DNA of 64,000 nt. Source: Candidatus Latescibacterota bacterium (lineage in GTDB: Bacteria; Latescibacterota; UBA2968; UBA8231). Below the pieces are notes generated by a model. The model worked only from the letters and a program-made list of their open reading frames with translations. It made no database searches and was not told the DNA's origin. The stretch lies in the NCBI GenBank assembly GCA_965197905.1, contig CBDAOB010000003.1, positions 480,001 through 544,000 on the forward strand. Reading direction: 5' to 3'. A program made the translations under genes and the position numbers. Positions 30,891 through 39,250 of the stretch are shown here, in pieces. Position 1 is the first letter of the stretch; every line of letters starts with the position of its first letter.

Positions 30891-32695
30891 GCGAAGCATC
30901 GCGAGCACGGGCGAAGGTCATGGCCACCGGTCTGTATCCGCACCAGATCGAGGGTGTTGCTTTCCTTCTGGGCCGGCAACGGTCGATTCTCGCCGACGAC
31001 ATGGGACTCGGGAAGACGCGGCAGTCAGCGATTGCCATGGCGGAAGCGCGTCCCGACGGTCCCTATCTTGTCGTTTGCCCTGCCGCCGTCAAAACGAACT
31101 GGTCTCGCGAGCTCGTGCTCGCCCTGCCCGATACGGAGACCCGTATCGTCGGACCGCAACCGCCGCCGGCACGGGGATTCGACGGCTGGGCGATTATCAA
31201 CTATGACATCCTCGGCAAACATCTCGAGTCGCTGAAGGCCCACAACTGGAACGGCCTCGTTTTCGACGAAGCCCACTACCTGAAGAACCACCGTTCCAAA
31301 CGGCATCGCTTCGCCGTCGACCTGGCAGAGCACGCCGGTGATGGCACGGTTATCCATCTACTGACCGGCACCCCGCTGACGAATCGACCCCGCGACCTCT
31401 TCCCCCTGCTGCAGCTGGTGCGGCACTCCCTGGGTCGCAGCTTCCTCACCTTCGCCAAGCGATATTGCGACGCCTTCAAGGGAGATTTCGGCTGGGTCAC
31501 CGAGGGCGCCAGCAACATCGAAGAGTTGACCGTCCAACTCCACGGCGTGATGTTGCGGCGCACCAAAAACGAAACCCTGGATCTGCCGCCCAAACTGCGG
31601 ACCTGGCTCGAGGTAGAGGTGGGTCCGGGGGCTGCGCGCAGAATGAGCGAGGTTGTGCTCGAACTGATGAAGACAGTTTCGCGCAGGGGGGAGTTGCTCA
31701 ACTCCGAGTCGGACAGCGATCCAGGCGGAGCAGCCGTTGAAGAAAAGACTACCCGTCGAAGGCGGGGGAACGTGCTGGGCAAGCTGCAGAAAGCGCGGGA
31801 GCGGCTGGCCGCAGCAAAGGTCCGCTCCACGATTCCGTTCGTCGAGAACGCGATCGAGCAGGGCGAAAAGGTGCTGCTTTTTTCGTGTTTCGCCATACCT
31901 CTGGCGAGAATTCACAGACACTTCGGCGAATCTGCGGTGGGCATCAGCGGTGAAATGCCGATGCGGCAACGACAGATATCGATCGATCGGTTTCAGAACG
32001 ATGACTCGATACGACTGATGGCGGCACAGATCGTCGCCGGGGGCGTTGGTATCAACCTGACGGCGGCGCGACAGGTTGTCTTCAATGATCTCGACTGGGT
32101 GCCGGTCAATCACTGGCAGGCGGAGGACCGGGCGTATCGCATCGGCCAGACGGCGGCGGTGAATGTCACCTACATGGTTGCAACCGGCACCGTCGACGAG
32201 TTCGTGCGCTCCGTGCTCGAAGAGAAGTCGAATATCATCGACCAGCTGGTGGAAGGTTCCGCATTGCCGGAGGAGTTACAGTTGGACGTCATGGGCGAAT
32301 TGCGCCGCGTCATGGGAGCCCTAGAGCCGACCCTGGAGAGATTGTCTCCGGTCGACGTCGACGAGGCGAAGATGCGCGAGCTTTTGGAGGAAGCCGGTAG
32401 AACCTTCAGAGAGTCGCAAGAGCATGTTGAGATTGTCGCCAGCGCTCCTCCACCGCCAGCGGCCCTGGAGACCCTCGCCCGCGTCCTGGTGGGACCGACA
32501 ACCGAACAGTACCGGGTAGACAGCTCGTCGAAACCTGGTGAGTATTACCTGTTGGAGGTCGATGGAACCGATGTCGTCTGCAACTGCAAGGGATTCTCCT
32601 ATCGGGGCTCCTGTCAGCACGCTCGCACCTTGAAGGAGTTGCTGGTAACCGGAGATGAACTGCCGCAGGGATTTTCGCGCATCGTCCCTGATTGA
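30887..32695 (+). CDS. SNF2-family DEAH ATPase (SMARCAL1/HARP-like core) with C-terminal SWIM zinc finger
   Basis: LYPHQ.EG, ADDMGLGKT, FDEAHYLKN, LTGTPLTN, MLRRTK, GGVGINLT, QAEDRAYRIGQ, and C-terminal CNCKGFSYRGSCQH (CxC...CxH). Confidence 0.92.
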   Translation: MSEASRARAKVMATGLYPHQIEGVAFLLGRQRSILADDMGLGKTRQSAIAMAEARPDGPYLVVCPAAVKTNWSRELVLALPDTETRIVGPQPPPARGFDGWAIINYDILGKHLESLKAHNWNGLVFDEAHYLKNHRSKRHRFAVDLAEHAGDGTVIHLLTGTPLTNRPRDLFPLLQLVRHSLGRSFLTFAKRYCDAFKGDFGWVTEGASNIEELTVQLHGVMLRRTKNETLDLPPKLRTWLEVEVGPGAARRMSEVVLELMKTVSRRGELLNSESDSDPGGAAVEEKTTRRRRGNVLGKLQKARERLAAAKVRSTIPFVENAIEQGEKVLLFSCFAIPLARIHRHFGESAVGISGEMPMRQRQISIDRFQNDDSIRLMAAQIVAGGVGINLTAARQVVFNDLDWVPVNHWQAEDRAYRIGQTAAVNVTYMVATGTVDEFVRSVLEEKSNIIDQLVEGSALPEELQLDVMGELRRVMGALEPTLERLSPVDVDEAKMRELLEEAGRTFRESQEHVEIVASAPPPPAALETLARVLVGPTTEQYRVDSSSKPGEYYLLEVDGTDVVCNCKGFSYRGSCQHARTLKELLVTGDELPQGFSRIVPD

Positions 32696-32783
32696 CGCCG
32701 TCCACTTCGTCTCCTGGCCAAGACAGGACCGGATCTTCCACCAATTGACGCCGGAATTCAGAACCCACGCCAAACGGAGTGTT

Positions 32784-34637
32784 ATGGAACAGTTCCACCG
32801 CCGAATCGTTTTCCGCGACGGTGTCGACCACGGCATGTACGAAGCGTTCGCCTTGTCCAACTGGCACGAAGGCACCTGGGAAGTCACTGGTAACTTGCTG
32901 CAGCAGAACCGAGATCGCGCCGAGGAGCTCGAGTCGCGCCTCCAGCTAACCCGCGAGATCTATGGTGGTGACTTTTCCTGGATACGCATCCGCAGAACCC
33001 CCTGGCCCGCGCTTGTTACCGGAGAATCGACATGGACGGACTACCAGACCCGGACCACTATTCGCGTGACCGGCGATGGCTCTGCCGGCATTGGATTTCG
33101 TTGGCAGGATGCGCGGCACTGTTATTACGCCATGCTGGAGAATCATTCGTCACTGGCGCTGTACCGCCGTGAGCAGGATGACGTCATCGAACTCGCCCGC
33201 GCGGAATTCCCCCGTGACCACGAGACGTTCTACACCCTGCGGGCGGAAGCGGAGGCAGACAGGCTGACTTGCTGGGTAGACGATGGTCCCACGATCTCGG
33301 CCACCGATAGCTCGTGGCCTTCTGGGCGTGTCGCCATGGTCGCCGGTTGCCCGGCGCAATACCGCGATCTCGAGGCACAAGGAAGAGGGCGTCCTACTCC
33401 GACACCGGCGCACTTGCCGGGCACGAGACCACGGGAAGAGCTGTCCATCCCCATAGCTCCGTTCGATTCCGAGAACGAAGGTCTCACGCTCTATGAAATC
33501 AATGGAGAACTGGCCATAGTCCGGCGGCCATCGCGGGGGCGGGAGCTTCTCTTCCTCGATAGCCGCGGCGGTGAGTTCCTGCGACTGGGGCCGTGGGATA
33601 CCCTCGGCAGCCTCGGCAATATTCCGCTGCAGATATTCGACATCAACGGTGACGGCCGCGATGAAGCCGTCTTGGTAGCCGACCAGCGCATCTACGTATA
33701 CAGCTGTGACACCGGCGAGCAGCTGGCCTCCTGCGACACCCCGCCTCCGAATGAGTACGGTGAAGCCTTGCGTGTTGCGGACAGCGCCACCGTCGACGAC
33801 TCCCTCTGCCGCGTCTTGGCGGGTAGGGATGAGCTACCCTTTTTCTACATCAAGGACCGCTACTGGAACATTCATCTCTTCAACGCCAACCTCGAACACT
33901 GTTGGCACAAGGCGCTCAACACGGGCCACTGCCCGCTTCCCATAGACCTGGACGGCAGTGGGCGGGAACAAATCCTCTGCGGCCATACATTGCTGGATCT
34001 GGATGGGAACGTGGTGTGGAAGCTCGATCTGGAGGATCATTTCGACGGCGCCGCCTACCTGACGTTGGCTCCCGACCAGGAGCCGTATTTCTACGTCGCC
34101 GCCGGTGAAGAAGGGCTGTTGTGCATTGACCCATCAACCGGCGAAATCCTCTCGCAACAGCTGCTGGGGCATGTGCAGAACTGCCTGTTCGGTCGTTTTC
34201 TGCCGGATCGTGCGGGGCTACAGGTGTTTGTGATTACCTGTTGGCGCGAACCTGGCCTGCGGTATCTGCTCGACGAGAACCTCGGCGAGGTCGCCCGCTG
34301 GGAGCGTGATCCCGCGCTGTACCAGCTTGGCGATGATCTGCTACCGTGGGGGGAGCGAGATCTGATCATCACCCAACAGGGGATTCGCGATCCAGTAAAC
34401 GGATTGGTGATCCACGAGTTCCCCGAGGAAACCGCTCACACCCATTGCGTGACCGACTGGCCCGGTGTTGGTCCAAGCCGGTTGATGCAAGTTCTTACCG
34501 ACCGCATCGTGATCAGTGGACCGGAGGACGGCAATGTGCGTTATGCCACACCTATTCGTCCGATCCATTGCGGCTATCTCCCACGCGGCCCCCTGTCGTG
34601 GGTGCGGTCAGCTTCGAGTTACGCCTCGACCCAGTAA
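32784..34637 (+). CDS. Concanavalin-like (DUF1080-like) domain fused to a Ca-binding beta-propeller (PL11/FG-GAP-like)
   Basis: WTDY....IRV...AGIGFRWQD..YY and D.SWPSGRVA in the N-terminal domain. DINGDGRDE, KDRYW, NTGH, DLDGSGREQ and H.D in the propeller. GGAG RBS before the ATG at 32784. Confidence 0.6.
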   Translation: MEQFHRRIVFRDGVDHGMYEAFALSNWHEGTWEVTGNLLQQNRDRAEELESRLQLTREIYGGDFSWIRIRRTPWPALVTGESTWTDYQTRTTIRVTGDGSAGIGFRWQDARHCYYAMLENHSSLALYRREQDDVIELARAEFPRDHETFYTLRAEAEADRLTCWVDDGPTISATDSSWPSGRVAMVAGCPAQYRDLEAQGRGRPTPTPAHLPGTRPREELSIPIAPFDSENEGLTLYEINGELAIVRRPSRGRELLFLDSRGGEFLRLGPWDTLGSLGNIPLQIFDINGDGRDEAVLVADQRIYVYSCDTGEQLASCDTPPPNEYGEALRVADSATVDDSLCRVLAGRDELPFFYIKDRYWNIHLFNANLEHCWHKALNTGHCPLPIDLDGSGREQILCGHTLLDLDGNVVWKLDLEDHFDGAAYLTLAPDQEPYFYVAAGEEGLLCIDPSTGEILSQQLLGHVQNCLFGRFLPDRAGLQVFVITCWREPGLRYLLDENLGEVARWERDPALYQLGDDLLPWGERDLIITQQGIRDPVNGLVIHEFPEETAHTHCVTDWPGVGPSRLMQVLTDRIVISGPEDGNVRYATPIRPIHCGYLPRGPLSWVRSASSYASTQ

Positions 34638-36076
34638 GAATAGAGTTTCGCGTCCCGAAGCGTGAATCGCAGACTGACGGCGTTGTCTTGCTGCTCACCA
34701 ATATTGCCCTGCTGCCATACCAATTCGGCGCTCGGATGGTCGCCTTCCAGAGGGACAGACACAGCGACCACTCCCCCATCGCCATCCAGCGCCTCGACGC
34801 TGAGCTCCCCGCCAGCCGCATCGACATTGACGAACAAGCGCTTACCTAGAAGCGCAAACGGATCGGTGAGGACCGTGCCCCCATTTTCGCCGACATCGAG
34901 CGAAACAAACCCATCCCGCCGCAACACGGCCAGGCAGATGGCAGACGCGTCCTTGTCCAGGTCGCGCCGATTTTCCTCGGAGGTCAAGGCACGATATTTG
35001 AGCCCGCTGTAGTAGAACCACAGCTCGTCGTCGCGCACAACCGCCGATGCTGGACTCATGATCTGAGTCAAATCGTAGGCACCGCAATCCCCTCGGGACG
35101 GTTCGATGAATGCCTGTCGATCTCCCAAACGGGACCAATTCTTCAGATTGCGGCTGGAGGCAAGCTCGGCCACGTGAAAGCCGTCGGTGTTCGTGTTTGC
35201 AAATCCAGGACAGACGGCGTGGTAGAAGGCCGGCATCCCCCAGTAGGCCGATTCGTATCGAAAGGGGCACATGTGATACACATCGATGTTGTAGATCGAC
35301 GGGTCGTTGGAAAGAAGCGGCTGATACGCGGGATCCGCCAGTCGGGCTGCGATGCGCTCGGCCCCGCGGGTCTGATCCAGGTCATCGGCTTCGAAGATCA
35401 GCTCGGGCTCGCTCCAATTGCTGAAGTCCATACTGGTGGTCAGCCAGATCGCTCTACCGTCCTTACCCCGCCGTTTGAGATAATGGAGAAACAGATGCTC
35501 CCTCTCGTCGAAGGTCAGATTCCATTCATCTGCAGACGAAATGCCCGGATGGCTGATCTCCGACCACCGGATCCCGTCGGGGGACACCGCATAGCCACCC
35601 TTGCCTTCGTCGAAGACATTCGGCGTCGCCGTCTTGTAGCGCCGGTTGGGATCGGGATCGGCATCATCGCGCACGATACATTCCGCCCTGTGTTGCACAC
35701 CCCCGAGGACAACCGTTACGAGGTTGTTCGCCTTTGAACCGCGATACTCCACCTGGCCGACCTCCGGCTTCGACCAGTGCAAGCCGTCCGGGCTTTCGTA
35801 ATAGCCGCTGAAATAGACTCCGGTTCCGTCCAGCTCGGACGGTTCGGAGGCGCAGTCCCACAACTGCCAGACCTCCTTCTCCGGGCTCCATATGGGAGCC
35901 ATGCGGATCTGGATGCTGTTGAATCCCATGGCAACGTCGGGCCGGATGACCGCACCCTTTTTGTCGGGCGCATGCATCGTTCGCGTCAGAGTCTCTATCT
36001 TGGAAATGCCGTAGTTATCGGGAAATAATTGGCGCTCTCCCAACGGAACGGTGAAGGTTGTTTCGCCTAGGCTCAT
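34619..36076 (-). CDS. Beta-propeller glycoside hydrolase-like protein (GH32/43-like) with C-terminal beta-sandwich
   Basis: ERQLFPD, YESPDGLHWSKP, DPDPNRRYK, SPDGIRW, ELWFYYSG, LRRDGFVSL, LFVNVDA, LRF.LRDAKLYSYW. Confidence 0.72.
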   Translation of the reverse strand: MSLGETTFTVPLGERQLFPDNYGISKIETLTRTMHAPDKKGAVIRPDVAMGFNSIQIRMAPIWSPEKEVWQLWDCASEPSELDGTGVYFSGYYESPDGLHWSKPEVGQVEYRGSKANNLVTVVLGGVQHRAECIVRDDADPDPNRRYKTATPNVFDEGKGGYAVSPDGIRWSEISHPGISSADEWNLTFDEREHLFLHYLKRRGKDGRAIWLTTSMDFSNWSEPELIFEADDLDQTRGAERIAARLADPAYQPLLSNDPSIYNIDVYHMCPFRYESAYWGMPAFYHAVCPGFANTNTDGFHVAELASSRNLKNWSRLGDRQAFIEPSRGDCGAYDLTQIMSPASAVVRDDELWFYYSGLKYRALTSEENRRDLDKDASAICLAVLRRDGFVSLDVGENGGTVLTDPFALLGKRLFVNVDAAGGELSVEALDGDGGVVAVSVPLEGDHPSAELVWQQGNIGEQQDNAVSLRFTLRDAKLYSYWVEA

Positions 36077-36145
36077 GATTGGATCCTCCTTCGCAAATAT
36101 CGATGGACGCCGAGCTGTTTCCCACAGATCGAGATGAAATTTCGG

Positions 36146-37345
36146 TTAGATCGTTACGACTTGTGCAAGCAACACCTTGTTAATACCCCCCTCACGCGGA
36201 CCGCTCCTCATTCCCTCGCCGACGGTTACCCAACTTTCGTTGTCGCTGACTTGACAGACGCCGAAATTGCCCATGGCGGCGTTGTTTGCCGGAATCGCCG
36301 CTCGTTCGGTGGAACGAATCACGTGCAATCGCTCGGGATCGACCTCTGCTATGAAAATCGGGGCCCGATGCCGGAAGATGTGCTCGTTGTCGCCGCTTGG
36401 CCGGCAGTATAGCAGGTACAGTCTGCCGTCGATAGTAGCCCAGTGTTGCTGTGTGCAGTAGCTGCCAAGAATCTCGCCATCGTCGAAGGTCCACTCGCGA
36501 GCCTCCTCGAAATTGATGCCGTCGGTTCCCTGGGTTACGAATGCGCTGTGGTCGGAACGCATGGTCAGAAAGAAGGCTCCCTGGAATTCGGCCAGAGAAG
36601 GTTCATACAGACCGCGGGCCGAAAACTCGACGCCCCTTCGTTCGGCAAGCCGGCGAGAATGATCCTGCGCTATAGAGTGCTGCGTACCGTGCTCTTTGTA
36701 GGTCAACGTTTGCCCGTCGAAACCGCATCGCGCAACGATGCTGTTGTAGAGCACGGCCTCGTCCCCGTAATCGAAGGTATCCGCTTCTTGGTCGAGAGTA
36801 GCACTGGGTAGATAGCGCAGCGGAAGTAGAACGTCGCCGTCCGGCAGGTCGACGCGCTGACTGCAACCGGCACTTACAGCCAGCATCGGCAGGTTGTCGT
36901 GGTCCTTCTCTGGGAGTTCTAACGCCTGCAGCTGACCCCAGCTTCCGGTTGCCGGATCCATGACGGCGTACGCAGCCTGCTGCTTCAAATGGTGTTCGTG
37001 CCGACCACTGAGGAAGTGAAAGGTGACCCCGGCGGCGATTACCTTGCCGCTTTGAGGGTGCCATTGGTTCCACATATCGCTCGGAGCCACCTCGTAACCA
37101 TCCGCCGTTTCCGCTCGCCGCAGCGAAGGAACCGGAGCAGGCTCGGACCAGGTCGCGCCATGGTCTCGACTGATTGTCTGGTAGATATCGCAGTAATCGT
37201 GGGTAAACCTGTTCCGCGTTTGGTTCAGGATCGTGACCGAGAGAGCTTTCTCTCCTGGGACATGGGCCGTGCGGACTTGAAGCCAATCCCATTCGTCGTT
37301 GCCCTCAACCATCGCCGAGCAGGAGATCTGAATTTCGCCGCTCAT
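36146..37345 (-). CDS. BNR/Asp-box sialidase-like protein
   Basis: Asp-box SRDHGATWS, GCSQR, RGLYEPS, SYCTQQHW, FRHRAP, GNFGV. Confidence 0.7.
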   Translation of the reverse strand: MSGEIQISCSAMVEGNDEWDWLQVRTAHVPGEKALSVTILNQTRNRFTHDYCDIYQTISRDHGATWSEPAPVPSLRRAETADGYEVAPSDMWNQWHPQSGKVIAAGVTFHFLSGRHEHHLKQQAAYAVMDPATGSWGQLQALELPEKDHDNLPMLAVSAGCSQRVDLPDGDVLLPLRYLPSATLDQEADTFDYGDEAVLYNSIVARCGFDGQTLTYKEHGTQHSIAQDHSRRLAERRGVEFSARGLYEPSLAEFQGAFFLTMRSDHSAFVTQGTDGINFEEAREWTFDDGEILGSYCTQQHWATIDGRLYLLYCRPSGDNEHIFRHRAPIFIAEVDPERLHVIRSTERAAIPANNAAMGNFGVCQVSDNESWVTVGEGMRSGPREGGINKVLLAQVVTI

Positions 37346-37409
37346 GGATCTATCTCGCCCAGATTGACATCACTGGAACGTGACGGAATACACGCACCAG
37401 TTGCACGGT

Positions 37410-38426
37410 TTACATCTCCAATACCTGCCGCCAGAGTTCTGCGTCCACGGGAATACCGTTTTCCAGATTGTCGCGCCGGACTGCCAGCATCCCCTCACCG
37501 GGGTAACGTATTTCATCGACTCCTCCCGAGGGGAGAACGTCCTTGAAATCGCGGACGATCTGATCGACGACCTCCTCGACGAATCTTCCACCCGACAGTA
37601 AGCTCACGTCGATGGCAATGAATACCTGGGAGACTCCGGTCTCCTGCGTCCGGGTCGAGATCGTCGACGTGGAGTCACCCCCTGAGATTGCGGTAGCCAT
37701 TAGATCGAGCATCAACGCCAGACCCGATCCCTTCCAATACCCTATGGGCAGCCCCCTCCTCGATTCCAGAATAGCAGCGGGTTCGGTGCTCAAATGGCCG
37801 TCGCCGTCATATCCGCCCGCCACTGACAGCCGCTCTCCGCTCCGCCGCATCACCTGAAGCCTACCATTCGAATATTGGCTCATGGCCATGTCCAGGAGAA
37901 CATGACGGTCCTCATACGGAACGCATATGGTCAACGGGTTGTTGCCGACGTTTGCTGTCTTCGCACCCCACGGCGGCATGAGTTTGGTTGTATTCGTCCA
38001 GCAGATTCCGACACACCCGGCATCCGCGGCCTGCAGGCCGTAAGCACCTGCGCGCATCCAGTGGTTGGTGTTTCGTAGGCCGACACAACCCATGCCATTC
38101 AGACGGGAAATGTCGATCGCTCGAGCCATAGCCATTTCGGCATTCAACAGCCCGACACCCCGCTCCCCGTCCCACTGTTCGATGACGCCGAGTTCGTGCG
38201 CCTGGCTCGGTTCGGCGGCGATGTCGACGGTACCGTTGCGACACGAGGTCACAAATCCTGGAAACCGGTTCAAGCCATGGGAGACGACTCCATCCCGGGT
38301 GTTTTCCGCGAACAGTCGAGCGCATCGCTCTCCGCGATCTTCGGCAAATCCGATCGCCAGCAGAACACGTCGGAATTCGCCGACCATACTCTCGAAAGCC
38401 ACCCTTTCAGGCATGGGACTCGGCAC
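37410..38426 (-). CDS. dlgD: 3-dehydro-L-gulonate 2-dehydrogenase (Ldh_2 family)
   Basis: DGVVSHGLNRFP, RNTNHWMRAG.YG, ICWTNT..MPPWG, GNNPL, DMAMSQYS.G, PIGYWKGSGL, RYPG, typical of YiaK/DlgD. Confidence 0.85.
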   Translation of the reverse strand: MPSPMPERVAFESMVGEFRRVLLAIGFAEDRGERCARLFAENTRDGVVSHGLNRFPGFVTSCRNGTVDIAAEPSQAHELGVIEQWDGERGVGLLNAEMAMARAIDISRLNGMGCVGLRNTNHWMRAGAYGLQAADAGCVGICWTNTTKLMPPWGAKTANVGNNPLTICVPYEDRHVLLDMAMSQYSNGRLQVMRRSGERLSVAGGYDGDGHLSTEPAAILESRRGLPIGYWKGSGLALMLDLMATAISGGDSTSTISTRTQETGVSQVFIAIDVSLLSGGRFVEEVVDQIVRDFKDVLPSGGVDEIRYPGEGMLAVRRDNLENGIPVDAELWRQVLEM

Positions 38427-38435
38427 TCCGAAACG

Positions 38436-39245
38436 TCATTCTGTTTCGAATAGGGAGGGGAAAAAACGGTGTGGATCGGCCGGCTCGCGGAACAGGATCT
38501 GCTGGCGGGGCGTCAGCTCGATATTGTCTGGCAGGCGCACCCGATTTGATGACCACGCCATCTGCGACACACAATACTTGTAGAGCAGGGATCGGCGTTC
38601 ATGTTTTCCCGTCCACGCCGCCGTTCCGTGCGTCAACGCTTCGCTGAAGATGATTATGGAGCCTGCCGGTACCTCGGGAATGATCACGCATGGCGCGTCT
38701 TCAGGCGCGTCTAAAAACTCTTGTGGCAGCTTGTAGTTGCTCTTGTGGCTGCCCGGAATACAGCAGAACCCGCCATACTCCGGACCAGTAGGCGCCAGGT
38801 TCCACGCCACCACTGCAAAACCGTTGACGATCTCGTTGTCGCGAAACGGCTGAAATCGACCCGGCTGTGCCTCTGAGGTCTTCCGGCTGGCACCATAGTC
38901 CGCGTGCATGGGCCCCCATGGGTTACCGGCCTGCATGCACAGCCCGTAGATACGGTCCAGCCGGAAGCAGTCTCCGAGCCAGAATCGAAGCGGTGGCATA
39001 ATGCGCGGATGATCGAGCAAATCACAGAACGGTTTCCCCCAGCTCAAAAAGCCGGGCCCTTCGGGCCTCCCCCCGGCGGCACTGCCGAAACGGAGGTTGC
39101 CGCCCGTGGGCATCTCATGTTGATCCAGTAGTGCATTCAGAATCCCGATCTCATCGGCAGCAAGAGCATCCTCGATTACCAGGAACCCTTGCAGGTCGAA
39201 GAGATAGCGTTGGGTCTCGTAAAAATCATTAGCTTTGGATGACAT
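38436..39245 (-). CDS. Phytanoyl-CoA dioxygenase (PhyH) family Fe(II)/2OG oxygenase
   Basis: YLFDLQGFLV, LLDHP, HAD, GGFCCIPGSHK, EALTHG, RR. Confidence 0.85.
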   Translation of the reverse strand: MSSKANDFYETQRYLFDLQGFLVIEDALAADEIGILNALLDQHEMPTGGNLRFGSAAGGRPEGPGFLSWGKPFCDLLDHPRIMPPLRFWLGDCFRLDRIYGLCMQAGNPWGPMHADYGASRKTSEAQPGRFQPFRDNEIVNGFAVVAWNLAPTGPEYGGFCCIPGSHKSNYKLPQEFLDAPEDAPCVIIPEVPAGSIIIFSEALTHGTAAWTGKHERRSLLYKYCVSQMAWSSNRVRLPDNIELTPRQQILFREPADPHRFFPSLFETE

Positions 39246-39250
39246 TCCGT

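Noticed and set aside
37380..37601. Acidic 73-aa plus-strand ORF and other long antisense ORFs (e.g. 1089..1805, 8780..9625, 21366..22214, 55833..56639, 59282..60064)
   Set aside because: These are shadow frames opposite well-supported genes, as expected in GC-rich DNA.
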